DNA from: Azolla caroliniana
Taxonomy: Eukaryota > Plantae > Polypodiophyta
Direction: 5' to 3'
NCBI GenBank assembly: GCA_043228905.1
Contig: JBHGNT010000015.1
Location: forward strand, 18,538,001-18,602,000
DNA length: 64,000 nt
Positions within the stretch are counted from its first letter, which is position 1. Each line of letters starts with the position of its first letter. Shown here one piece after another: positions 10,820 to 23,385 of this stretch. Position numbers and translations under genes: made by a program. A model generated the notes under the pieces. The model saw only the letters and a program-made list of their open reading frames with translations, was not told the DNA's origin and did no database searches.

Positions 10820-12929
10820 TATATGTTTTTTAAAAACACACTTAAAATAAAAAATATAAATTGTAAGTTGTAAATTGTAATGATGAATCATGATTTATGA
10901 TATAAATTCTCAAATCGATTTAAAATTTTAACAATAACATTAGTCGTTTATTAAATACTCTATTACTCTAATATACTTTTTTTTTCGAAAAAAAAATACT
11001 TTAAATTCTAATATACTAGAGTGTAGAGTCTAGACTCTAGGTTTAATTTAAGTTTTAATTTAAAACTAAAAATTTTACTAACCATCTTTTTATACTTATA
11101 AGTTATTACATTTTACTATTATCTATGCTTTATTAAAAAATTAAGGTTAATAATAACTTATTAGTACAGAACAAAGGTGAGTACTTCTATTAGGGTAGCA
11201 AGCTATTCTTCCACAGTCCACTTAAAAATTATTGATTTTATATGTAGTTTTTCTACAGCAACAATAGAAGAAGACACCCTTCAAGGCTAGGCTTAAGCTT
11301 CAACATTTTAAATAGGTAAGTTACCATCTATTACATTATGTAATATTATACAATATAGTTTTTGTATTACTTAAGCAATAACTTGCCTGATTGTATTATA
11401 TTGAAATGAAATACTTTTAATACACAAGTTTTAAGTTAAAATTAAAACTTTTAATAGTTACCATCCTTTTTATAGTTATTAAGTTATTACTAATAACTAT
11501 CATCTATGCTTTATGAAGAAATTAAGGTTAGTAATAACTTATTAGTATAGAAAATAAGTGAGTAAGTACTTCTATTAGGGTAGCAAGCTATTGTTTCACT
11601 TAAAAATTATTGATTTCATATGTATTTCTACAGCAACAATAGAAGAAGACATCCTTCAAGGCTAGGCTCAAGCTTCAACATTTCAAATAGGCAAGTTACC
11701 ATCTATTACATTATGTAATATTATACAATATAGTTTTTGTATTATTTAAACAATAACTTGGCTGTTTGTATTATATTGAAATGAAATAGTTTTAATACAC
11801 AAGTTTTAAGTTAAAATTAAAACTTTTAACAGTTACCATTCTTTTTATAGTTATTAAGTTATTACTAATAACTATCATCTATGCTTTATGAAGAAATTAA
11901 GGTTAGTAATAACTTATTAGTATAGAAAATAAGTGAGTAAGTACTTCTATTAGGGTAGTAAGCTATTGTTCCACTTAAAAATTATTGATTTTATATGTAG
12001 TTGTTTTGCAGCAACAATAGAAGAAGACATCCTTCAAGGCTAGGCTCAAGCTTCAACATTTTAAATAGGTAAGTTACCATCTATCACATTATTTAATTTT
12101 ATACAATATAGTTTTTGTATTACTTAATAACTTGGTTGTTTGTATTATATTGAAATGAAATACTTTTAGTACAAAAGTTTTAAGTTAAAACTAAAACTTT
12201 TACTAGCCATCCTTTTTATAATTATTAAGTTATTACTAATAAGTTATAACTATCATCTATGCTTTATTAAAAAACTAAGGTTAGAACTTAGTAATAACTT
12301 ATTGATATAGAAAATAGGTGAGTAAGTACTTCTATTAGGGTAGCAAGTTATTGTTTCACTTGAAAATGATTGATTTTACATATAGTTGTTCAGCAACAAC
12401 AATAAAAGAATACATGATACATCCATCCAACTTTAACATTTTAAATATGTAAGTTACCATCTATCACATTATGTAATATAATACAATATAGGTTTTGTAT
12501 TATCTAAGCAATAACTTAACTGTTTATATTATATTGAAATGAAATACTTTTAGTACATAGGTTTTAAGTTAAAACTAAAACTTTTACTTACCATTGTTTC
12601 TATTATTGTTAAGTCATTACTAATAGTATCCACTTTGCAAGAATAGATTATGATTATTGATAAATATCTTGCTTGTGCTTTGGCTTTAAAACATAAACAT
12701 GATATTTATTTTACGTATTTCATTATCTTTGTGAGGTAGTTATGTTCATTTGTGTACTTTCTATAGCAATAAAATATATAACAATGTAACATTACATAGA
12801 GCTTTTCATGTCTAAAATCTGTATGTCAAATGACATGTTAAGTTTTTGCAATCTTCTGTCATATGACATACATCTTTAAAAAATGCCCGTCAAAAAACTT
12901 TAAGACTAACCCGTCAATTTTAGGCCCTG
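10390..12929. mobile_element. Non-autonomous hAT DNA transposon (2540 bp)
   Basis: 21-bp TIR CAGGGCAAAAATTTGACGGGT / ACCCGTCAATTTTAGGCCCTG (3 mismatches); perfect 8-bp TSD GGTAGGGG (10382-10389 / 12930-12937); subterminal CCGTCAAA and TGTCAAATGACA motifs; no transposase ORF. Confidence 0.93.
11040..12620. repeat. AT-rich tandem repeat, ~375-385-bp unit, ~4 copies, inside the hAT
   Basis: CAGCAACAATAGAAGAAGAC recurs at ~11256, 11631, 12009 and in degenerate form at ~12391. Confidence 0.92.
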
Positions 12930-14237
12930 GGTAGGGGCACCTTTAAAGTGTTGGAGTAACACTTAAAAACTTCATTTACAAATCCTACATCATCGAAGAG
13001 TCGAATTGTTTGGATTTTTGGTTTCTTGTGTAGTACATTAGGTTCCTAGTTGAGAACTCAAAACATTCAAGCATTGATACCTCTTATAGGTATCCATCTT
13101 CCAAGTGTTATTGGTATCTAGACACATGAAAAGACCATAGATCTTTACATTCATGATTATCTTATCGTTATTTTTGGGTGGTAGAAAGCGTGGTTTTACA
13201 TGGTGGGGAGAAGCATAGGTATCAAAAAGACATATGATGTCGGTGCATAACATCAGTTAATATGTGAACAGGTGCACCGGGCATGGTTTTCTCCTATAGC
13301 ATTACAGAGGTGTGTGATATGGCAAGACAGAGAGGTTGCACGTGTGGTATTACGTACCAAAGTCCCAAAAGAAACGATATGGGGGGGGAGGGGGTACAGA
13401 GCTGGGAAGGACAAGCGGTTTCCATATCGGATAGCATTCAGCGAGTCGATGAGTATACGGTTGGATTGTGTGGAAGAATCAAGGCTTATCGAGGTTTACA
13501 TGGGAGGCTTGCTTCAGTAGGGGCAATGGGGGGGTTATCAAACGATGATTAAGTTGTTCGATAGCAGGGGGACATAATATGTACAAGTGGGAGGCTTCTG
13601 GGAATTTGTTTATTTCCTGGGATGCATGCCCCTGGAGTTTCTGGTTATTTCCCGGGCATACCCTTCTGCACCCAATGAAGCAGAAAAACAAAAATATGAA
13701 AGAAAAGAGAGAGAGAGAGAGAGAGAGAGAGTCGTGCCGCTTGGCTCGACATACCCACACGTCCTTCCATCGCTGGTGCCCCCTCCGCCTTCCTCTCCCC
13801 AATCTCCATCTCCATCTCCATCTCCATCTCCATCTCTGTATCTCTGTGTTGTCTCTGTTCCTCTGTCTGTGTTTGCCCCCCCCCCCCCCCCAAAGCTCAA
13901 AGAAACGAAGAATCTTGAGAGAAAAAGAGAGGCATAGCGATGGAGAGATAGAAAAAGACAGACAGAGAGACAGAGAGAGCGGAGGGACGAATGGCTGGCG
14001 GTGGAGCGCCCCCCCAGCATCGCCGCCTCAGCTGATCCAACAATCAAGGACTGCAGAAAAAGCACTAGTTAGGTCTGAGGAATCATGAGAATGCTCATCA
14101 AATACTGAGTCGCGGGATTGGAAGGAAAGCAAAAAAAAAAAGCAAAGGGGGTGTTTGTTTGAAGCAAAGGGATTAGGGTTGAGAAAGACAGAAAGACAGA
14201 GAGGAGGAGGAGGAATTAGGGTTGAAAGAGAGAGAGA

Positions 14238-15470
14238 ATGCCTCGTGAGAGGACCCCGGGGCCCGGGGCGTACAACCTGGACGTCCGTCCCATCACTCCG
14301 GCCTCGCCGTCCTACTCCATCGCCTACAAGCCATCTGGCGGAAGCGGCACCACCGATGGCCAGCCGGGCCCCGGCACCTACAACCCTAAAACCACCACCT
14401 TCTCGGCCGCCCCCGCCTACACCATCCCCGTGAAGCACCCGTCGTCCAATTCGGATCAAGAGAAGACTCGCTTGCCCGGCCCCGGAACCTACAACCTCGG
14501 CACCCCCGACATCACCCACCCGAAAGAGCCCGCCTTCACCTTGGCCGGCCGCCGCCGCTCCGGCACCACCGACTACGGCCCGGGCCCCGGCGCGTACACC
14601 CTCCCCAAGGTAGAATCGGGCCCCGCCCACACCATCCCCGGCAAGCGCCCAACCTCGGCCTCGGCTTCCGACCGCTCGCCCGGCCCCGGAAGCTACACCC
14701 CCTTGAGCAACCGGCCGTCGAGCCCCGCGTACACGATCGCCACCCGCAGCAAGAAGGACTCACAAGACATTGGCCCCGGGCCTGGGTCGTACCAGCCCCG
14801 CGTACCGGGCGTGCACGCCCCGGCCTACTCCATCCTCGGCCGGTGGCCCTCCTCCTCCAGCTCTTCGGCCACCACTCCCGGCCCCGGCTCGTACCAGCTC
14901 GACCTCGGCGCAGCCCTCACCCATCAACGCGACCCCGCTTTCACCATCAGCTCCAGGCATTCCAAGGCCTCGGCCGACGACCAAGGCAGCCCTGGGCCTG
15001 GCTCCTACACCCCGCTCCACTCGTCCCGCACCGAGACCGGGCCCGCATACACCATCGCCACCCGGAAGCTGAGCTCGCGGGGCGAACCCACCCCGGGGCC
15101 CGGCACGTACGACGCATCCCGCATCACCGGGAGCCCCGCCTACTCCATAGCCGGGAGGGCCCCCGTCTCACACGCGCCACCAAACCCGGGCCCAGGCGCA
15201 TACAATATCAAACCGGCCGCCGTGGGCCCCGCATTCAGCATCCCGCGTCGGTACACCTCACGGCGCAAGTCGGACACCCCGGGCCCCGCGTCCTATTGCC
15301 TTGACCTCGATGTTGTCCACACTGCCTCGCCCAAGTTCTCGATGGGCACACGCCATGACGAGAAAGGCAAGGAGCTCTGCCCGGGCCCTGGCTCGTACGA
15401 GCTACGCGTCCGCTCCACCGCGCCCGCTTTCAGCATGTCCAGTGGCACGCCTCGATTCGACCCCTACTAA
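14238..15470 (+). CDS. SHIPPO-repeat / sperm-tail PG-rich repeat protein (ODF3/CIMAP1/STPG-like), 410 aa
   Basis: Twelve xPGP(G/A)xY motifs, each followed by a P(A/S/K)(Y/F/H)(S/T)(I/L/M) motif, the signature of SHIPPO-rpt proteins; intact, GC-rich ORF. Confidence 0.88.
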   Translation: MPRERTPGPGAYNLDVRPITPASPSYSIAYKPSGGSGTTDGQPGPGTYNPKTTTFSAAPAYTIPVKHPSSNSDQEKTRLPGPGTYNLGTPDITHPKEPAFTLAGRRRSGTTDYGPGPGAYTLPKVESGPAHTIPGKRPTSASASDRSPGPGSYTPLSNRPSSPAYTIATRSKKDSQDIGPGPGSYQPRVPGVHAPAYSILGRWPSSSSSSATTPGPGSYQLDLGAALTHQRDPAFTISSRHSKASADDQGSPGPGSYTPLHSSRTETGPAYTIATRKLSSRGEPTPGPGTYDASRITGSPAYSIAGRAPVSHAPPNPGPGAYNIKPAAVGPAFSIPRRYTSRRKSDTPGPASYCLDLDVVHTASPKFSMGTRHDEKGKELCPGPGSYELRVRSTAPAFSMSSGTPRFDPY

Positions 15471-16849
15471 AGGTAAACAAACTTTAAAATCCCCCAAAAA
15501 ATAATTCCTTAACCTTGCTCTAAAGATTTTACTTTCAAAAAACACACCACCAACAAAAAAAGAACACATTATAATCACTTCATTATCTTTGTATCAAGTT
15601 GATATATTTTAATATGACGCTTTGTTTTGAAACCTTGAGGGGCAATGCTAATAATTACTTTTGACCATGTAAACTAAAATCGGGAGTGGCCAAAAATGAG
15701 CATGAAATGTGTTCTTCACTAATTCGACAACTTTCCATGAAATGATAACGGCTTTTTTTTAATCTACACTTACGAGCTATTTGTTGAAATCCCCCCCAAA
15801 CTTGTGTTATGCACTTGCTAAGAGAGAATTTCATGATTTGAGTGTGGCTTTCTAGCACTAAAACATGAGGTTGTGCACCTAGCAATTGATTTATTGCAAA
15901 TCATTCATCATGCAAAATTCAAGAGGTTTTCATCTATCGTCTCGCAACTATTGTTCTACCACAAGGTATCCAATTATGACAAGCTAAAGTTGAATATACA
16001 CTTGCTTTAACCCAAGTAATTCGACCAAAGACAAGCTAGGCCTTTTTATATAGGCGCACACACGAGAGACATATGCACATGCTTCACCACAAACTTACAT
16101 GCTCGTTTGCTTCATATCATTGTGCAATGACACCCATTTATTGAATGCAACCCCATTCTCTTAGTAAACCACTTGGACAATAGTCTATTAGATAGGAAGG
16201 ATACCTAATTGTAGTCTATCGTTGAATAGGAGCAAACACAAGTTATAGTGTTTTGTTTCAAGTGTATGAGTTCCCCTTGGTTGATGCACATGTATGGCTT
16301 GTGAGATAAATACCCTTGATTTGGTAATGCATAGTCATATAAGCATTTGTAGGTGAACTACTCTTGATTACATGTATGTGTAGTCTTCCTAATGAGGCTT
16401 GTGAAGGTATAATTTCATGTATATGTCTACTTTGTCTTGATTATACCCCAAAGTTATGAATAAAATAATTAAGAAATGAATACATCTAAAGATTAATCAT
16501 TGTGTCTCAAGGATTAATCACACTTGTTCATCTATATATGTTCAAATTGTATCTTAGAATAATGTTACAAGCAACGGATCAAGTTTCATGTACCAAAAAG
16601 ATTCTGGAAGGCATAATCCTACTCCAAGGCTACATTCATATGAACGATAAGAGCTATAATCAAAGGCATGGTTTCGAAACTACATTTAGGATTGTATTTT
16701 AAATGATGAGAATACTTGGAACTATACCAACTTTCTACCAAAAGAAAATGCATTGTGCTACTTTAGATGAAAAATGTTAACGTTTTTCTTTTGTTTTTTT
16801 CATTCTCTAAGATTAAGTTCAATTACACATCCCACTTGGCATGCAAATT

Positions 16850-17290
16850 GATGTCATTGAATCCATATTGCACTTATAAGGCTTCTACGTTCTTTGGATC
16901 ATAGTAAACTATTGAGTTTCTAAATAACAATTATGTATCAATTATGCCCACTACTCAAAATCTTTACTAGATGGCTATTACGTTAAGTAGTTAATTGAAT
17001 CTATGCTACTTTGATCAAAATCTTATTATAATTGAGAAGTAATGGTATGTATGAATCTTTACTAGATGTCATTGAATCCATATTGCACTTATAAGGCTTC
17101 TACGTTCTTTGGATCATAGTAAACTATTGAGTTTCTAAATAACAATCATGTATCAATTATGCCCACTACTCAAAATCTTTACTAGATGGCTATTACGTTA
17201 AGTAGTTAATTGAATCTATGCTACTTTGATCAAAATCTTATTATAATTGAGAAGTAATGGTATCTATGCTACTTTGATCAAAATCTTATT
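16850..17290. repeat. Tandem duplication, 215-bp period, plus a short third fragment
   Basis: GATGTCATTGAATCCATATTG at 16850 and 17065; near-identical copies. Confidence 0.9.
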
Positions 17291-17759
17291 TTATATGTGC
17301 AAACCAGTAGCTCTTTGTCTCTCAACTGGAAAGTAAAGTGCTACCAATGGATGATTGGCAATATAAATATATTCTAGCTGCATTTTGAAATATAAGTACA
17401 TAACGTGAGTTTATTATTTGAAGAGATTATGCGTACATTAGATGGAAAACAAGTTAGAGCATTTTGAAAATTTGCGTAAGTTGCATGGCAATTAATGTCA
17501 ATGCATTACCATAAGTACGTAAAATGTATTAGAACCCTCATGACAAAATGCACGACACAATCGTCTATATTTAGTCCCATTAGGGATATACATACGGTCA
17601 CTTTGCGAAGAGAAACTAGTTATCACAATAGAAGATTGGAGAGAAGATGCAAAAGGCAAATTCTATTGTAGAAGTGGAGTGTCGTAAGGCAACCCAAATA
17701 TGACCTAATCCCTAAACTTCATCCCACTCATCATCAACAACATTAGTATTCCTATTAGC

Positions 17760-18530
17760 ATATACTAGAGATTACTTGACCAAACCCAACCCACAACTAA
17801 TGGCTCACTCAAAATGATCTCCTCCTCTATGTCCACCAATCGCACCGGGAAAGGATTGCTCATGTTTTGGTCTAATACCCAAGAAAAATCCCCCTGTAAA
17901 GAGTTCAAATCCAACTTTAGGTGAAGGTTTCCAAGGTACATGAGCACATGTCTTGCAACCAAATGACCTCAAATGATTGTAATTTGGATTCTTTCTGCTC
18001 CACATATCTTCTAGTATCTTCAAGTTATTGGCGAGCATAACGATCAATTGACAATGCGAGCAGTTGTTGGCAATGCTTTTTCCGAGAACTCTCACCCCAT
18101 ACTTACGTGTTAGAATCATCATCACTAACCATTCTTGGATAGTTCAATTCATGCGTTCAACGACACCATTCTAAACTAGAAGGAACAACTCATTCCAATC
18201 GAATTTCCCATTCTTAGAGAATAATCAATATTCATCTAAGTTAAATTCCCAACCATTATCTTCTCTATGAAACTTCACTTTCACACCTTTCTCCATTTCT
18301 ACTACCACAAGCTATACCTTGATTTCTTGAAAGCTTTTGGGTTCTTTGATTTCAAAGAATATCCCAAATCATCTTTGTGGCATGCATTGGCAACAAATGT
18401 CATAAAGAATTTGGCTTCTCCCTAAGAGCATTCTAGCATCAAGCCACACATATCAGAGTGTACCAACTCTAACAACACGAGCACATTCTTAAGGAACACT
18501 CTATGTTGGCTTTGCATATGCTTTCCCAAC
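17760..18530 (-). pseudogene. Old Copia integrase relic
   Basis: LELVHSDMCG, NGVVERMN, EDMWSRKNPNYNHLRSFGCKTCAHVP-like fragments. Confidence 0.65.
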
Positions 18531-20094
18531 ATGTAGCATTTGTATCATTTACATTAATACATATTTATGTACGTATGTATAAGTCTACATTACTTTTTGG
18601 AAAAGAGTTGAAGGTACTACGACTCCATTTTCATTTCAAGAGAGATGATAGGTTTTATGCCCATTTTGTAAACATATTTCAAGTTTAATTTTTTTTATTA
18701 AGTCTAATTTTATTCACTTTTTTTTAGGGTAGAGAAAAGATTATGGTTGTGTATTGTTGACCATCCGTTGGTCATATGACAAAACTGTAATTATATATGT
18801 AATGTATAAGAATGACATGACAATCTATAATTATAAAAGGGTCAAGGATTAGGTAGCCATGTAGTTTATTAAATGTTGAGAATATAATATAAGCAAAGGG
18901 CAATCAAAGCCAAGTACTTAATGTGTTGTTAAATAGGTAAAATAAAGTGGCCGACAAGCCCTTTGCAATGGCATGAGTGAACAACATAGAATACTATTGT
19001 CACCAACCCTCAAGAAATGGAGAATGCACAATCAATCATCTCTGTATCAAGTAATTCCCTCCCTAGAATTGAAGTACAGCACTACTTCATTGTCATTGTC
19101 ATTGCCATTGCTATAGTTGTGCTCTTGATTATACATTGTTAGCCTTACGATTTGTCATGGACTATTGTACCTATTATTAATTGAGAACAAGGAGTTATGA
19201 TAGTCTAAATGTGTTCATGAAGTTTGTTCCTCTAGGCTCTAACCATTGTGCTCCCACACCATTACAACTTGATCATATCATACTTGTAATATATCATTGA
19301 ACAAGAGGGCTCTCTAGATCCCTTTTGTTGTGAAGGTTGGAACTCCAAATTGCCACCCATAAAGCAAGGTGAGTATGATTGACAAGTGTATGAAATGGTC
19401 TTAACTTGGTGTGTAATTCTTGAAATTGAATATGGTCTTGACAAGGGCTACATGCTTACACTTGAGAGAAATGTTACCCTCATGCAAGTGATAATTGTGC
19501 TTCTATTGATGTGCCCTAGAGCACACATTAGCATTGTTTGTACTCTACAACTTCCCCTTCAAATAAGATCTGATGGCGTAATCAAATTGCTCATTTATTG
19601 TTGGCATTAAACACTTAGATAAATTTGAATGTTACATAGAACTTATATCATAATTCCCTTGTGTCAAATTTAGGAAGGTGATTCACTGATAGATAAAAAT
19701 TGAATCTTTCAAAACATAACTTTAAAGTTTATCTTGGTGTCCTAAATAAACATTCAATGCTTAAGAGAATCGTTTCGCTTTGCTAGTGCAATTAGTAAAG
19801 TTTGACTGATGTGCTCCAAATGAGACTTCATTTGCAACGACTTCAAACGCAAAAGGAAGAGAATCATAGATTAAGAATAACGCATTCTATACACTAAGGG
19901 ATTAAGAGGCTATATGTCAAACCATCACCTTTTCTTTTTTCTTTTTTTCCATAAAAAATATCCTCCATTGGTATTAAAATTAAAAAGGCCACAAGCACTA
20001 TACAAATAGTATATAATATTGTCCATCTCAACAAGTATAGATCATCAAAGAAAGGACCAAAGATAAGTGATGGCATTTGGCAAGTTAGGGATAA

Positions 20095-20225
20095 TTTATA
20101 TCCATGAATGCAACTCTCAGCCTTTGTCAATAACACCTTTCCTACGATAAGCTAGGAGACCACATATAAATGTGATAGAATCGGGGACTATACCATCAAC
20201 CTCCATCATCTGAAGATAATTTGCC
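20095..20225 (-). pseudogene. Single PPR (L-type) motif relic
   Basis: Translates as YLQMMEVDGIVPDSITFICGLLAYRRKGVIDKG*ELHSW. Confidence 0.6.
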
Positions 20226-20235
20226 ATGACGAGAG

Positions 20236-20640
20236 GATGAGTGGTGATGGTGTGGGGGCCGACGTAGATCATGAGGGGATGGGGAAACATCCTACACTCA
20301 TTTTGTTGTTATTTGCATAGGACCTTGGTGGTAATCGGCGAGATGGTTGATGCGGACTGAATGAAGCAATTTGTCTGTTTTTTATTAGAATGAGTGATGG
20401 TGGGGGGGAGCCGAAGCAGATCATGAGGGGATGAGGAAACATACTAGACTCATTTTGTTGTTATTTGTACAAGACCTTGGTTGTAAGCGGTGAGATGGTT
20501 GATGCGGACTGAATGAAGCAGAATTTTGTTTTGTGATAAGGATGAGTGAAGATGGTGTGGGGATCAAAGCATATTTGCTTGAGGTGATGAGGACATTAGA
20601 TCATTTTGTTTTATAAGTAGATGATTGTGGTGTAATCGGT
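20236..20640. repeat. ~155-bp degenerate tandem repeat (2 copies + partial third)
   Basis: GATCATGAGGGGATG...CTCATTTTGTTGTTATTTG...GAGATGGTTGATGCGGACTGAATGAAGCA is repeated. Confidence 0.8.
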
Positions 20641-20869
20641 GCATGGTTGTTTTGAGAACATGAAGGTTGTGATAAAGCGGAGTGTTGATGGTATGGAGGT
20701 TTAATACAAGTAGATTCTCGATGGTCATGGAGATGAAGGACATAATCGTTTCGACATGGGAGAGGATAGATGGGGGCTATCCAAGGCGGCCCGTCGCGTT
20801 TTACTCCAAACGACATGTGCATCATGGACTGTTTAGTGTCTACAACTGCATCAACTGAAGATGGTCTTG

Positions 20870-21680
20870 ATGTACAGAAATTTGCCAAGTATGTTCCTAC
20901 AATGCAAAGAATTTTCAGCTAATTCAAAGGGCATCCTAGCAGATGATGTTACCTTTCTATGCGGCTTGAGAGCTTGTGCCAATACAAATGCATTCTATGA
21001 TGGGTTGGTTATACATGCTCAAATTATTGAAGAGGGTTTTGATGAGCATACCCCTGTCTGTCACACTTTCTACATAGGTATGCAAGATGTGGCTATTCAT
21101 TGAAGCATTGGATGTGTTCAGTGAACTGATACTTCAAACGCAATATCTAATGGACAACGCGCTTATTGTAGGCTATGTAGAACATAGTGTTCATGACAAG
21201 GCACTACAATCCTTTAAAGAAGCATTATTTTAGCTTCTGGTGCGAGACAACAACACGTGGACATCACTTATCTCAGGGTATGCTGAGCATGACTACCAGC
21301 AAGAAATGTATTCTCTTGGACTGCATGAATTTGTTTATATGTTGAGTATGGTTATGTTGAATAGCTTTAGTATATGCGGAACCAAATGCAAACAAAGCAT
21401 GTATCCCCAAGTTCAACCACCTTTGTCTGCAACATGAAGTTTTTAGAGACCCCTAACAAGGGGTAAAGGGTACATTGTCAAATTATTAAATTAGGACTCG
21501 AAAAAGACTCTTATCGGAAATACTGTAGTAACTGATATGTATGCAAAATTTGTTTTGATTGTTGAAGCAAAAGATGTGTTTCAGAGGCTCCTAACTACTG
21601 TAACAAATGTGGTCTCATGGAATGCAATGATGATAGAGCTTATTGAACATGAATGTTTTGATGAAACCATCACCTTTATG
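20870..21680 (+). pseudogene. PLS-class pentatricopeptide repeat (PPR) pseudogene fragment
   Basis: GILADDVTFLCGLRAC...GLVIHAQIIEEGF, RDNNTWTSLISGYAEH, DMYAKFVLIVEAKDVFQRL...NVVSWNAMM; frameshifts and stops. Confidence 0.8.
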
Positions 21681-22902
21681 CATCATAATTTAGCTTTATA
21701 TGTTTCTTATTAGAATTGTAAGTCATTTGGCTTAGTGCTCAAGTCATTGGTTTATTAATGCGATCACAATAAAATTCTTCCAATTCAGTTTCTCTCTAAA
21801 GAATGGCTTCACAACATCATCGTTATCACGTATTCCCCACATGAAGAGTGAAAATGATTGAAGATTCAGAGAGATTGGTCACATTTGTTGTCTTGATTTC
21901 AGCGGGCAAACTATTGGGGGTAACCGATTTGCTCGCAACTACTGTGACAAACGCAGCAACAAAGGCTGAACAACCAACAACGCCCGTTGAAGGGAGGTGG
22001 CCAACGGCTGAGCCATGCCCGATAGGAGGTGAGCCGGTTGCGGTGGTAAGTTGGGCGGCTGAAGGCAAGGCGCCTCGACCTTCATCGCCACATCCGCAAA
22101 TCAAGAGCAATTGTCGCGCCGTCGCGAACAATTTAACTGGGACTATCATGCAGCTAACCCGGATATCCCACCCATTTCGGACACTAGAGCTCATGTTGTC
22201 GGAACAAGATCAAACACGGATTGTGCAAGAGATTCAACGTTTGGAGAAGAAGATTATCATTGCACATGTCTTGGGCCTTCGTCCTACACGTGCTGATCTC
22301 CGTTTACTCCTTCAAGCCGCTTTGAAACACGATCTTGACAGCATTACGGATGTACAAATACTTGGCAGAAAATACTATCAACTAGAGTTCAAGCTGGAAC
22401 GCATCATACCAATTTTGTTGGAAAAGAAAGCAGTTGCAGTCAAGGGAGGTTGGATCTCTTTTCACAAGTGGATTCACAATTTCTCTGCAAATCAGGTGCA
22501 TCATGATTTTGATTCATATGAAATATGTGGTTGTTTTTCCTAATTTGCGAAAAGAATGGTAACTGCCTTCTGTGCATGTGATTGCTAGCACTGTTGGTAC
22601 GGTTTTAGAAATTTATGATAAACCATGTCATATCGAAGATAAGTATCTAGGAGTTGCATCTACTAAGCTTTTGCTTTTTAAGTTCACAAGTTTGCCCTCA
22701 AACATTTTGTTGCCCAATTTACTTGACCCACTACGGGCACCCTATTCTCAGAAAATCTTGTATAATCAATGTTGCCGTTGTTTTGGGTTTGGTCATTTGG
22801 CAAAATATTGCCCGAAATTTAATGATGACATTGACAAGCACACACCTAGCACAACGATAGTTCCATATTAGAATAGATCTTATGGTTGAACCATAATGGA
22901 GC

Positions 22903-23385
22903 TAACAATCGGCAACGGTTTGGTTTGAACCGAACCGAACCGTGAAACCGCGGCTTAACGGTCTCAACAGTTCGGTTCGGTTCAGGTTTAGGTTTTTTAA
23001 AACAGTTCGGATCGATTTCGGTTCGGTTTTAACAGCCAAAAACCGTGGTTTAAACGGTTTAACAGTTTGTTTTTTGTTTTTTTTAATAAAAATTTGTTTT
23101 TAAACAATCTTTTCCTTTTTAGACCTTATTCTCACATTTTAGGTCTAACATCTTAAACATTTTAAAAATTTTAAATAATGAAATATTATAAATTTAAAAC
23201 AATTTAAAATTTTGATCTATTGTTGAAAACTAAAACCGAACCACGAAACCGCGGTTTTTACGGTTTAACGATTTGAAAATTGTTTAACGGTTTCGTGGTT
23301 CGGTGTGGTTTGGTTCAGGTTTCGAAAAATTTAAACGATTTGGACCCTCTCAAACCGAACCGAACCGAACCATTGCCGATTGTTA
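22903..23385. mobile_element. hAT-type MITE (483 bp) inserted in LINE ORF1
   Basis: TIR TAACAATCGGCAACGGTT / AACCATTGCCGATTGTTA; 8-bp TSD AATGGAGC / AGTGGAGC; many AACCG/CGGTT subterminal repeats. Confidence 0.9.

Larger units (their letters stand above)
4480..12970 (-). pseudogene. Decayed LINE (L1-like) ORF2 reverse transcriptase relic, split by the Copia at 4793 and the hAT at 10390; outer limits approximate
   Basis: Removing the inserts gives LPQIWKVGLVKLV...GRNIVHNVL...LDLKRGYDHVN*...VMFNGG...RYVHEGRSLSPLLF...DDSFMFL...ASGLHINW, i.e. colinear LINE RT motifs across both insertion sites. Confidence 0.8.

Noticed and set aside
14028-15504. Overlapping and antisense ORFs over the SHIPPO gene
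   Set aside because: Shadow frames caused by high GC content; no recognisable domains.
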